Shown piece after piece: positions 11,764-23,748 of a DNA stretch of 64,000 bases (positions are counted from its first letter, which is position 1; each line of letters begins with the position of its first letter). The notes beneath the pieces are model-generated. The model did not search any database, was not told the DNA's origin, and saw only the letters and a program-made list of their open reading frames with translations. Source of the DNA: Lytechinus pictus. Lineage: Eukaryota. Location of the stretch: contig NC_087261.1 of the NCBI RefSeq assembly GCF_037042905.1, forward strand, positions 13,702,001-13,766,000, given 5' to 3'. The translations under genes and the position numbers were made by a program.

Positions 11764-11912
11764 TTAAAAGCTTTAGAATATAAATAAGAACTCTTTCATT
11801 TCTTTTTCATGCAAACTTGTGACTCTCTTGTAATTAACTTTTATTCGCAATCTGCAAATTTCTTTGATATCTTACTGGGAAAAAAATGATCACGATCAGT
11901 GATAATACTTAC

Positions 11913-12002
11913 TTAGACCATAACATTCCAGGTAACTCATGATTGTAGACAGTGAATAAGTATTGACAATTGAGGTGTTGAGATTAGCACAATCAAACTC
12001 CG
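11913..12002 (-). CDS. Coding exon 2 of the mucin-like gene (90 nt)
   Basis: ttttttctatcacatgtaaacag|CG GAG TTT ... GGT CTA A|gtaagta; open frame (S)EFDCANLNTSIVNTYSLSTIMSYLECYGL. Needed in the model because exon 1 joined straight to exon 3 gives TAA. Confidence 0.75.
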
Positions 12003-13252
12003 CTGTTTACATGTGATAGAAAAAAAAATATGAAATTAGTATTCATTTAAGTTAAAATTACATCCCTATACAGGTGTGACGTTTACAGGGGACAGGGTAT
12101 AGTTCCCTATGATTTGCTTTTAAATACTTATATTGGTGTTAGTGTAAAATGGCAAAGGATGAATAACACCGAAAACAAGTCACACACCCAAAAAAAAAAT
12201 CCTTTACAAAAGAGCGGATTGGGTCTTGGAAATTTATATTTTCTAAGTTTTAGTAAAGAAGAAACTGACGTCATCTTCAGGCGGTCTTGCCCCCCCCCCT
12301 AAGTACTTAAATACAATGGCGCCATGCTTGGGCCCCGTTTTTCGGACCCTCTAACATTTTACTTTGTCTCAAACGATTAACGACACTGCACGATAAGTTA
12401 ATAACGATCATACAGACTACAGGTCACTCTCAATCCCAAACCAACAATAATTTGGTAGGGAACGTTCTCTTAAAATTGGCAGATTGTAGGCTTAATTTTA
12501 TGCATAAGATTAATGCATAATTTTTGATATTATACTTCCGAAATTTGAAGTTGTAAAGTTTAAATAAAGATATTTCAATTAGGCATTCAAATAATACTAC
12601 TTGTTTGCACTTTGCAAAAGGCATTCAAAATTTTAGATGAAAAAAAATGTCAAATTCTAAAATTATGATTAAAACTCAAGTCGTACGAATCGGAAAATAA
12701 GGCATGTTTTCAAATCCGAGACTTAAATGATTATTTTCAAGAGGAAATTCTTAATATTATATTTTTTTTCTTTTTACATATTTCTATTCGAAGTATTCTT
12801 TTTAAGAGTGGGGGATATCCAGTCCTAGTTTTCAATTTTATGTGTACTTTGCACTAATAAAAGTGTACTTGACATTGCGAAAAAAAAATGAGAGTGTTGC
12901 CGCAATAAGTGGGCTTGGATCTCAAAAACATAGGATCTATCTTATGATGGCCAGCAAATCGCGTATCAATTTTTGGCAAAATATATGAAAAAACTGAAAA
13001 AACACCCCTCATAACACCGCTAAACTGTGATAAAATTGGAATTGCGGTGCTATCATTGTCACAACTTTGAATATAGAGAAAATAACGCTGAAGTCAGCTT
13101 TGTAACACTTTTGAGCCGAAAATAGGGGAAAACGGCTAAAAACACCATAAAAACGCCGCTGATGAGGGAAGGAGGGGGGGGGGGCAATTCTGAATTGTAG
13201 CACTATCATAGTCATACCTTGAAATATAGAGTGACAATAATATAACACTCAC

Positions 13253-13364
13253 ATGATTCCGACTCCGATGACGTTGATGGATAGTTGTTATAATAATAGG
13301 TTGCGTCGACCAGCACATTGCCCATCAGAACACATGATACAATTATAAACAGCGCCCCCTTCAT
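13253..13364 (-). CDS. Coding exon 1 of the mucin-like gene (signal peptide)
   Basis: ATC ATC ATG AAG...: MKGALFIIVSCVLMGNVLVDA/TYYYNNYPSTSSESES, then T|gtgagt donor (phase 1); hydrophobic core and VDA cleavage site. Confidence 0.8.
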
Positions 13365-13994
13365 GATGATCTCGCTCAGTCGTCGGAGGGTGTGTAAAAG
13401 TGGTTTGCTTCGAAGAAGTAAAAACAAGTAATAAAGCCAAGCAAAGACAGGAGCTGAAATGACGAATATATGGCTAAAGGAATAGAATGAAACCTGTATA
13501 TAATTTAGTTTTGGAACTGCTGCTGGAATGCTTCCCAGGGATTGGAGAGAGTGCATGCTTTGTATTAGGGTATTGTATGAAGTTATTAAAATTATAAGAT
13601 TTTGATTTGTGACGTCTTACGAACAGCTGCCACATATGGTTTATAATATAAAATACATAAATTAATATTTTCCATTGTTTGTGATAACTGATATTTTTTT
13701 TCTGTCAGGAGCGGGTGTGAAATGATTTGTCCATTGATATACTGAAGGAACAATATAAACCATTTTCATTTTATTTAAGAAAATTACATTTTATTGATTT
13801 GTCACCATATACAATATGAGAGAAAGCTGGTCACATATGACGTCATAAAAATAAATGAATAAATGTCTATAAGTTTTTTTTTGTTTCAGATGGATTTTCC
13901 TCAAACCTTTACCAATTTTTTTTTTATTATTTCTGTTAATTTTACAATAAACTTTTTGTCAGGGTGATGTAACTAAAATTGTTATCTGTTATGC

Positions 13995-14246
13995 AGACCC
14001 CCAGTGCAAAATAAGGAGTGGTCTCCGCTCTATCAACGCTCGAGTCACCGCTAAACCAACGCTCGCCACCGTTAAACCAACGCTAAAGCTACGCGGGCTT
14101 TAGCGGTGCACCGCTAAGGCAACGCCCATGTTTTCGATTTTTCCCCAATTTTGTGACGAGCGTTGTCGAAATTCGACCCTCTCTCCGTACCGCTCCACGA
14201 CCGCTACACGACCGCTCCAACAACGCTCGGGCGGTGTGACCAGGCC
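13995..14246. mobile_element. Partial Harbinger-like element with CCGCT/AACGCT subrepeats
   Basis: Many short (C/A)(C/A)GCT repeats ending GGCGGTGTGACCAGGCC|TT; left end not found. Confidence 0.45.
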
Positions 14247-14572
14247 TTTATATGGTTTTGTTAATGTGTAGAGTTAGGGCCACGGTCACAATAGGGTTTT
14301 ATGTTGGGTTTAAGCCGGTATAGGGGTTAGTCGTTCGACGCCGAAGCATTTCGGCAGAGAAAATGCCATGGAATCCGCAAGACATATGAAAATATCTTAC
14401 TGATTAAAAAAAAACATTATAAACTTTAACGCTATTCAGTCATTAACCTACTGCCTACTTATTGTTCCTTCTTGAACAGAACCGTGAATTTTAGAATCCA
14501 GTAGTTACCGGACCACGAAATAGAGAATCAAACCGATAGGCAACTCCCTACACATGAAAACACAATACATAC

Positions 14573-14649
14573 CTCGCTTGATAATCAACACGAAAGAAAA
14601 AATCTTCCAGCTCCAGTTATTTCCTTTGGCAGAATCCACTGTATTTATA
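14573..14649 (-). promoter_or_regulatory. Candidate TATA box and short non-coding first exon of the mucin-like gene
   Basis: TATAAATA at 14649-14642 (minus), then GAG|gtatgt donor at 14573; pyrimidine-rich acceptors lie just upstream of the ATG (e.g. ttgtttttacttcttcgaag). Confidence 0.45.
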
Positions 14650-15126
14650 CCCGTAGAAGTTAATAACGATTCGGCTTGCATGCTACACCTGTTTTGCTAT
14701 TGATCCAAACGGTAATATCTAAATCACCCCTTTGGAAGTAATTCGAAAATTATGAAAAGGAAATATTTTATTTTTCACATGTGGTGAATTTATAAAAGGG
14801 CAGGTCCACCTTGACAAATAGATTATTGTGAAATAGCAGAAAATACAATTTAAGATATTGGTGAATGTTTGAGGTAATTCCACTAAAGATTAAGAAAGTT
14901 ATTACACTCTAAAAAAAATATTGGGTAAAAGCACTCCTTAAGGATAACTATATGTGTCCAACCAACATTGGGCTTTTATATTTTTGGGAATTTTCATTTA
15001 TCCAGTGTGATGAAAATTTTGCCCATTCTAAAGAAATTGCTACTTATGTTTTAACCTTACTGGACAATATGCTTCCAACAAATTTGGGTAAAATAATGCC
15101 CCAAATTGGTTGGACACATTTTTTAC

Positions 15127-15948
15127 AGTCATGTGTAGAATGGTTACGATTACGATAGAGTAACGGTTACGTATCGCTTTGTTCAGCTTCGGGGTCTGAT
15201 AGGGGGGGGGGGGGGCTCATGGGGCGGGAGAATTCATTGACTTTCAGTTTGCGTAGCTGTTACATTATGTATTTTTTTTATTGCTTTAGCTGCATATATT
15301 AGTTAAAATGTTATTTTTGCATGATTTCGGTTTATGTCTTTGTTCCGATACAATTTGTCTGCTGTGTTTATTACAGCGTAATTTGATTTGTGTATTCACG
15401 GCTGCAATTATCATTTTTTTGTTGATATTTTCTTTGTTATGTATGTATGAATTTTATTTGAATGAATAATAAAGATTACTACAAAACATGTGTAACCTAT
15501 TAAATTATGAACCGCTCTAAAAAGGGAAGTCCACCATTACAAAGGGTTTATTGTGAAAGTAGCAGTTTTCTTTTTTTTTAGGGTTCATGATGAACTGAAA
15601 AATAATCTTGCAGGAGCGGTTGTGAAATAATTTGTCTGTTGATACACTTACGGTACAATCAAAACCAAGAAAAATGACATGTCATCGATTTTTTTTACGC
15701 TACGATATATGGGGTGGGGAGCTGTTCGCATATGACTTAACAAATCAATAACTAATTCAATCTTTGATGGCTTTTCCTCAAACCTTCACCAAAATATACT
15801 AATATTTCTTTCCTATACTATTTTCACAATAAAACTTTTGTCATGCTGCGCTTCCCTTTTTAAGAGCTGGCTATGATGTAATTGGCTAAAATTTATGGCA
15901 AAGCGATATGTAACCGTTACTATATCGCAATCGTTACCATGGTTACTG
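15127..15948. mobile_element. TA-flanked TIR element (Tc1/mariner-like) with nested Kolobok-like fragment
   Basis: About 45-bp imperfect inverted repeat ATGGTTACGATTACGATAGAGTAACGGTTACGTATCGCTTTG / CAAAGCGATATGTAACCGTTACTATATCGCAATCGTTACCAT; TA-CAGT...ACTG-TA ends. Confidence 0.5.
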
Positions 15949-16320
15949 TATGCTCATCATGGCGGGGCTCAAGTGGAGGATGCAATAATCTCTCATTATG
16001 ATTCATAAAGGAATATAAAAACAAATATGTCGGTGTGAGAGAGAAAATAGAAATGTGGGTATCATAATGGATAGAGAAACGATAAAAACGTCATTATTCA
16101 CTGCCGGAATAAGACAGCATCACATTAAGTCATGTAAAGATGTCAGAATTATAACAATTAATTTGTTTACATAATTATTTGTTTCATTTTTGCTCCTGTT
16201 TTTTTTCTGCGGTTAACACAAAACATTAACCCCTCTTATTTTCCATATTTTTGCCTTTGTTTCGTCCAGCTTTGTCTTATTTTTCTCATTTCTCTTTAAA
16301 GCTACAATCATTAGAAATTT

Positions 16321-16352
<32 letters not shown>

Positions 16353-17638
16353 AATACAGATTTATTGTTACAATTAATATTGGTCAATACCCCCAATTTC
16401 CGACCCACACAATAAAGTCTGAACTTTTGAAATATTTAATTGGTTGTGTCAAAAGTGATGTTGTATATACATGCAGAATTAGCAGAAATACACATCGAAC
16501 ACCTGCTCAGTCACGTCCCACTAAAAACAGACAAAAAGAAATATCCGTGACCAATATTGATTGTTAACTTACCTGCTTCAATCGCTATACAAACATTAGG
16601 TGTTTCATATGACAACACAATTTTACTAGTAACAAAGTTTTAATTAATTTTCAAATGTTCTTTGTTTAGAAAAAAAAAGCAAAATGAAGCAAACGTTAAA
16701 AAATGGTTTAAAGGGTGGAGGCGTGCCCAATATCAATAAAAACAAACCGTATTACGATTGGGGCAAGAGGGATCCCCCCATTATTTTTAAACTTTTTTTC
16801 CAATTCGGACATGCATCTAAACAAATTTTTAATTGAAAGTAAAAAGGTATATTCAAAATCGTGATTGGAAAAACAACAGCAGCAAAGAAAGTTGGAGACG
16901 CAATTTTCCACCAGAACATTGTAACTTCTCCCTCACACTTTTGCGGCCAAATAAAATCAAGCTCCCTCCTTTCTCTGTCCCTCTCTCTCTCACTCCTATC
17001 ATGATTATAGGACTATTTATAATATTCACCTTCTTTTACTTGTTTTTCTTAATCTCTCCATCAGCTTATATNNNNNNNNNNNNNNNNNNNNNNNNNNNNN
17101 NNNNNNNNNNNNNNNNNNNNNNNNNNNNNNNNNNNNNNNNNNNNNNNNNNNNNNNNNNNNNNNNNNNNNNNNNNNNNNNNNNNNNNNNNNNNNNNNNNNN
17201 NNNNNNNNNNNNNNNNNCACACTTCCTCTTTCTCTTTCGCATCTCTTCTGAAGTCTCTATCTCAATTGTATTACGACCGACACGCGTTCTTAATTAGCAG
17301 TGCGTGTATCTAGGAGCGATTTCATGCTCAAAATATATTAAATAATTATATTTCTTGAAAAAAGATATAAAGGGTTTGTTTGGTATGATATTTGTGGTTG
17401 TGAAATGACTTCAGGTTGATGTTGGTAAGACTGATGCGAGTTGCACATTAAGGTAGTAAAAACCGTTGGAAAAATCTCATTAGCCAAACGACTTCAATGG
17501 TTTGAATAGTGATATAATGAAATATTTGGACTTATGAAGTGCGGTTTCAATTATGGATCCAAAATAACTTTGTTGAATCGCTCGGGTAGCCTATATCATA
17601 TCAAAATCTAGCCCCAAGACTCACAAATTCATTCCACC

Positions 17639-18925
17639 ATGGCTATCATTGTCGGTGCTTTTACTACTTTCTACGCTCTCATATTCTGTATTGGGGTAAC
17701 GAGCAACCTTGTCATTCTAGCTGGGTACTCTAAGAAGAAGAAGAAAAATGGCACGGATATTTTCATCATGGGTTTAGCTGTAACCGATTTCCTATGCTCC
17801 GCAATATCTATTTTGAAATTCAGAGCATGGATAGCAAATAACGCATATTGCAAGCTTCAATTTGCCACCAATGTATGGTTTGCAAGTAGCCAGATGGCGT
17901 TGACTCTCGTAATTAACATTGACAGGTACTTGGCGGTGTGTTTCCCGGTTCACCGCCGACCTACAGTTCGCCGCGCGGTCATCACCGTTGCGTTTGCGTA
18001 TCTGGCTATGTTTTTCTTCTTTGCCGCTCCGAGTCTTATCCCGACGCATTACGATGACTTCATCAAAGATTGCATGTACAGGTCGGATATCAATTGGTTT
18101 AATCAATACGACAAATACATTGGGCAGGGGTTCATCGTGGTCACGGTCTCTGTTTCCTTATTGTTGTATTTTCGTATCATCCTCGCTCTGCGTCGCCAGT
18201 CCAAAGTGCGTAGCAGTCTCCTCCCAAATCTATCCAGTTCTAAAGCTCCCCATCGTGAATTAGGGACCAGTTCTGCTAATCTACCCAGAGTTGCCAATGC
18301 TATCTCTGAAGTACATCATGACAAGGCCTTATCACAGAATAGCCCAACTAAAGAGGGTGGTGTCATCCGGGATCGAGGTGGCTCATTCGTTGTCCAGGAA
18401 AGAATACTACATCCGAGGGAATATGAAGCAGAAGAAGATGGGGCTTCCACAATCTCAGACCGAGGGTTACCCAAATCCACCGACATTGCCGATGGCGGTA
18501 CCGAACCAAAACAACCCCAGACTGGTCAACAATCGGGAAGTGTTCCTGACGCACTTGATGGGCCATCAGGAACGGGTCCAACCTTGCTTTCAGCCAACAA
18601 ACCGAACACGAAACCGAGCACCGTTAACGCCAACCAGCTAACAGAACGGAGATTGACATTGATGTTGGGCTGCGTAACCGTCATCTATGCCGTCAGCCTG
18701 ATACCAATGTTTGTTGGCCGTTACATGCCGATCGAGACTCGCAGAGTTTTCATGAACAGGTCGAATATCCATCATACCATCTACGCCATCTTCATTCGTC
18801 TTTATGAGGTCAACTCGGTTATCAACGTTTTCGTTTACTGGAAACTAAATAGACGTTTTCGGAAGGATTGTCAAGAATTTCTTGCCAAGATCAGGCGAAC
18901 TATCTGTAAGTGCAAGATGCACTGA
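17639..18925 (+). CDS. Intronless class A (rhodopsin-like) orphan GPCR, type A, 428 aa
   Basis: Seven hydrophobic segments, SN (N1.50), LAVTD (D2.50), C3.25, IDRYLAVCFP, long S/T/P/G-rich ICL3, NSVINVFVYW and helix 8. Confidence 0.95.
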   Translation: MAIIVGAFTTFYALIFCIGVTSNLVILAGYSKKKKKNGTDIFIMGLAVTDFLCSAISILKFRAWIANNAYCKLQFATNVWFASSQMALTLVINIDRYLAVCFPVHRRPTVRRAVITVAFAYLAMFFFFAAPSLIPTHYDDFIKDCMYRSDINWFNQYDKYIGQGFIVVTVSVSLLLYFRIILALRRQSKVRSSLLPNLSSSKAPHRELGTSSANLPRVANAISEVHHDKALSQNSPTKEGGVIRDRGGSFVVQERILHPREYEAEEDGASTISDRGLPKSTDIADGGTEPKQPQTGQQSGSVPDALDGPSGTGPTLLSANKPNTKPSTVNANQLTERRLTLMLGCVTVIYAVSLIPMFVGRYMPIETRRVFMNRSNIHHTIYAIFIRLYEVNSVINVFVYWKLNRRFRKDCQEFLAKIRRTICKCKMH

Positions 18926-20478
18926 TTGAAAGCGTAAAACACAATCATGAGCAGGCGAACCACAGTACATTGCTCATTGCCGTTTCGTTTTGTGATTTTG
19001 AGAATTTGTATGCCCAATATTTTTTAATGAATGGTGATGTGTTTGAGGTATATCGAGTATATTTACTGATTTTTCTTTCCTCCAAAGAATATTAATGTGG
19101 TTCTTTGACGACATTCACCATGATTTCTATTGTCGAGCCATCATCCCCCCACACAGTTCTCCTGATTTTTCTTGGTGCATGTCCCACACAGTCAACGTCT
19201 TATCCACCCTCCGGCCTCCTTAATTCAATCGAATCATGTAAATTATCAAATTTGTTAACGTTTTGGTATTTTACATCTCAATTGCAATTATATTACCGAC
19301 TCTCTGACGAAATGAATTAAAGTTATATTTTTTTCATTTAAAAGATTAATCTGTTTACAAGCCGTACTCCGGAAACGCTTTGATGATTAATTTCTGAAAC
19401 TTCTCATAGAGCAATTTACGAGTCATGTTATCAATATTACATTAACCACTGATAGACTTAAATTTGTCATTGTCAAACGTTCTTTATTAAAAGCTATAAC
19501 AATCTCTTACTGAAGTCGCAATATTCAAATAACTGTTATACACGATCGAATACATCATAAAAGAAATAATTCATGTTCTAATGCATTAACTGCAAGTATC
19601 GTATTAGGCCAACCCGGCCTTGATATAAAATATTTTCTATTTTGTAAATGTTAATGGGTATTCGTTTTTCTTTTTTGGATAAAGAGGATTATAATAAGCG
19701 AACGCTATTTGAAATACCGTATTCATGATTAATTCACCATTAAAAACAATGAATGAATATAAGAATGCAATGATTCAAAAATACTTAATGGACTGCGCAT
19801 TAACTCAGAGAGAACAATGGTAAACAAAGAAAACTTGAGATAAAAAAATGCGCGTTATGTAATTTGTACAATATCCGATGTCGTTTCGAAATAATTTACA
19901 CCGTTGAACTCTTTCAGGAGATTTTGTAAAATATATCTTTATGTGTTTATGGAGTTTTATTATTCTTAATGCAGCCCCAAATTATAGAGATAAAAGCGTT
20001 CTTTTAATTATATTAACTGAAATATAATTCATTAATGGATAGTGCATAATGGCTTTTACATTCATTAAGACAAAAAGAAAAGGAATATGTATTAGAAAAT
20101 CTAAAAATAAAACATGTAGTGATAGGTACCTGACACTCTCTTTCTCGAAAGAACTTCGATGAGTCTTGGGTAATTTGCTATATTTCTTCGGCCATAATGA
20201 AGGTTTATGTTTTTATTATGTGGAAGTAAGGGGCAACTCCTGGTTGATATCATAAAATGCGGTAGTGTGAGCAAGGAGTTACCAGCAATGGTAACTCCTT
20301 GTTCTGAGGGAGTTTGTATTGATAGGAAGAAGGGTTAAGATGACCCAAGGATGACGCCATTGTTTTATTCTAGTCACACCAATGAACCGGCTCTGGACCA
20401 CTGATCTTTGGACCAGTGCATCGGAACCGACCAAAGATTATTCCGATTGGCGTATCATCGGTTGACCTGGAACGCCAG

Positions 20479-20635
20479 GGGAGCGTTTCATGTAAGGAGT
20501 TGTCGGACGTTTTATCCGACGAGTCCCATTTTATCCGACAGTTACCATAGTAACAATGCTTCTTAGCCAATCAACATCAAGAAAAGTTGTCAGGTCTGAC
20601 AACTTGTCAGACAAAAATGATGATGAAACGGGCCC
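20479..20635. mobile_element. Harbinger-like MITE carrying an X-box and CCAAT
   Basis: GGGAGCGTTTCAT...ATGAAACGGGCCC; absent from the paralogous sites (TGACCTGGAGTAGG at 31721 and 42466); inverted copy at 53067-53223. Confidence 0.8.
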
Positions 20636-21724
20636 CTGGAGTAGGTTTCGTTGGTGTGACTGTAAGAAATGGGGTCATTATAAATTACATAGTCCAATAA
20701 TCTTCTTTCTTCTTTAGTTTTGTCCTTTTTTTAATATGACGTAGATAGCCCTGGTTTCTTTGGTTTTTCTAAGGTTACCATGAGCTTCGTCATCTCTGCT
20801 TTAATTAGTAAAACAACATTTGTTTATCATTTATTTTATGTATTGTTTTATTCATGCTCTATTCATGACTCACATAATTACAATGGAGGAATTTGTGTTG
20901 CCTTTTTCAAAAAAAAAATGGAAGCTGAAAAAAATATCAAAGGTGAATTTAGAATTTTCATGAAATGATAAGGGAAATGGGTGGTGGTTTAAAAATGTTC
21001 CAGAAAAAATAAAATCCTACATAGTTCAAACATAATTAATAAGTAAGCCTGTTCTTAATGTATTTAAAGAATGTCATGAAAAGGGGTGGACAAATATTCT
21101 AGCAAAATAAAATGAATGTAGACAAACCGAATAATCTGACTAGTGGCATACGTAGCAAGTCTCCTTAGAAGGGGGACAATTTTCAGACTACTTTAATAAA
21201 AAAAATACTGATTGCAAGCAAAATATCTTTTAAAACTTTGAAAAATACTGGTAATGAAGTTATATTAAAGCTTCTGCTTAATTTGATTCTTTATTTATAC
21301 TTAATGGACCATGCGTGTTGTACTTTCAGCAGTTTACATATACGCTACAGAATTAATGTGATAATGAATGCGATTGAAAGGAAGGATGGTAAACGTTGAG
21401 ATGACAAACAATTACGTCACTGATGCTCTTCAGCCGACTTGAAAACAAAGGTACAGGATGATGAAGTTCCAGCGATATCTTCTGTGCCTCACCAATTATA
21501 AAAAAAATTATCTCTTCTCAGGTTGGATGGGAAATTTGAAATCCATTCCAAGATTATCCAACTGGTGTCGTTATATAAAACAGTTCGTGTGCCTTACATT
21601 CAGCCCACCTTCGAGCGATTCTTTGAGCAACATTGATCAGCCTTGGCCCCAACCACTCAACTATCAACGGAACCAGTGAACAACGGCACATCCTGATCGT
21701 TCTTGAGAAGCACTTGAATCGAAC

Positions 21725-23026
21725 ATGGCCATCATTCGGAGCGTCTTTTATGTTTTCTACGCAATCATATTCGCCATCGGACTACCAAGCAATATGGTCA
21801 TTTTGGCGGTGTACGCCGCAAAGAGGAAAAAGAACGGAACAGATGTCTTCATCATGGGCCTGTCTATCACCGATTTACTCTCCTCGATGATATGCCTGCT
21901 TAAATTCAAGGTATGGGTCGCCAGTGACATCTTTTGCAAAATCGAATGGTTTATTGAAGGTTTGTTTATAGGTCATCAGTGGATGATGACAGTAATTATT
22001 AGCATTGACCGTTACTTAGCGGTGTGTTTTCCCATTCACCGTCGGCCGAAGGTCCGTCAAGCCATCATCATTGTCGCCATAGCTTATCTGTTTACGTTTA
22101 CGATGATGACACCATGTATTCCGGCGATACACTACGTTGACCTCATCGAAGACTGCATGTACAGGTCAGACCTCGAATGGTTCAAAAAGTTTGATAATTA
22201 CTTTGGACAAGGGTTCACCATTAGCATTATCTGCACGTCATCCTTATTCTATTACCGGACCATTTTTGCCCTTCGTCGCCTGTCAAAGGTTCACGCAAGA
22301 CTTGTTGGCAACCCATCTAGCAAATCGGCACTTCCAAGTGCCTCTAAGTATTCTTCGCACCTTAACCAAACCCATATCAACAACTCTGTAGAGACCGCAT
22401 CATGTGAACGGATACCTGGTCAGAAATCAGATGTCGATATTGGGCTTGGCAAGCCCAACCACCAAACAGATCAACCAACTGCTTACACCGATTCCAGAAA
22501 TACTCTATCCGGGTGCATCGATACATCTTTGAACGTCCCGCCAAAAGAAACATATCTACTTGCAACTACAAACGAGTCCTCTACAAGCCAAGGATCACAA
22601 AGCAATCTTGAAACCTTCTCTGGCAAACACCTTGACATGACTGGTCCTACCATTCCAACAGTTTCAGCATCGGTGGTCCCCAACGCTCCATCATCACAGA
22701 TGGCAATAGACCGTGGTGATCAGAATGACAAAAAAGACAGCCGACAGTCAGAAAAAAAATTGACGGCAACACTCGGTGTCATTACCAGTATCCAGCTCAT
22801 TACCATGATACCGTTAGTCATCGGTAGATATATACCCATTGAAACGAGGCAAGCATTCATGAGCAGATCTAACGCACATCATACCATTTATGCCATCATG
22901 TTTCGCCTGTGTGAAGTCAACTCGTTCATCAATGTGTTTGTTTACTGGCGATTGAACAAGGTTTTCCGTCGGGATTGTCAAGTCTTATTCGGACGTATCT
23001 GGCAGTCAGTCTTAAAAAAGAAGTAG
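21725..23026 (+). CDS. Intronless class A orphan GPCR, type B copy 1, 433 aa
   Basis: 7TM, PSN, LSITD, IDRYLAVCFP, NSFINVFVYW; paralog of 17639-18925. Confidence 0.95.
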   Translation: MAIIRSVFYVFYAIIFAIGLPSNMVILAVYAAKRKKNGTDVFIMGLSITDLLSSMICLLKFKVWVASDIFCKIEWFIEGLFIGHQWMMTVIISIDRYLAVCFPIHRRPKVRQAIIIVAIAYLFTFTMMTPCIPAIHYVDLIEDCMYRSDLEWFKKFDNYFGQGFTISIICTSSLFYYRTIFALRRLSKVHARLVGNPSSKSALPSASKYSSHLNQTHINNSVETASCERIPGQKSDVDIGLGKPNHQTDQPTAYTDSRNTLSGCIDTSLNVPPKETYLLATTNESSTSQGSQSNLETFSGKHLDMTGPTIPTVSASVVPNAPSSQMAIDRGDQNDKKDSRQSEKKLTATLGVITSIQLITMIPLVIGRYIPIETRQAFMSRSNAHHTIYAIMFRLCEVNSFINVFVYWRLNKVFRRDCQVLFGRIWQSVLKKK

Positions 23027-23748
23027 ACCGTTTGCGAACAAAAAATGTGTTAATACCATACAAGACCCTCGCACGAGGCCTACCCATGTTATCAATGATC
23101 GTAAGAAACGTCGTACTAAATCGGGGGGGGGGGGGGTGCTGTCTTATAATTTCGATTTTTTATTTTATTTTATTTTTATTTTTTTTAGTTGTCAAGCGCA
23201 CGTACACTTGACAAAATTAAAGAGGTTTGGACTTGGACAAGTATAGGGCGCCCGCGGAATCGCACAATAAATGATAATAAAATAAACATGACCAGGGTCT
23301 ATCACGAGGTCGTACGTTGTTGATAATACGATGAATTTATATGGACTCCGATCGATCATCGTATAGACCAAATTTGCACCAAGTGTTTTTTTCTTCGTAA
23401 TATATTCTTGTTGGATCTGTTTATGCGTATACTTATTTAAATGTATGTCGTTCATATGAACCTTAATTCATGCACAGTTAGGCTCGTAACTTAGCAACTT
23501 TACAATGTATATATTGTTACCATGGGAACTTAATAACTTGGTATGCTTGGTTCAGGTTGTTTTTTCTTCTTCAAAATTCTAAAACTCTTGTTGAATTAAT
23601 CCCAAATGCTTGAAGTGATGATGTATCATTGTGCCCATAGTGCCAAGGTGAACATGATGAATTTACTTAATCTTTTTTTCTTCTGCGAGCGTCACTTGAA
23701 GTATTTTTCGCTAACTCTTGTCTTGTCTTGGCTTCTTGCACACTCATT

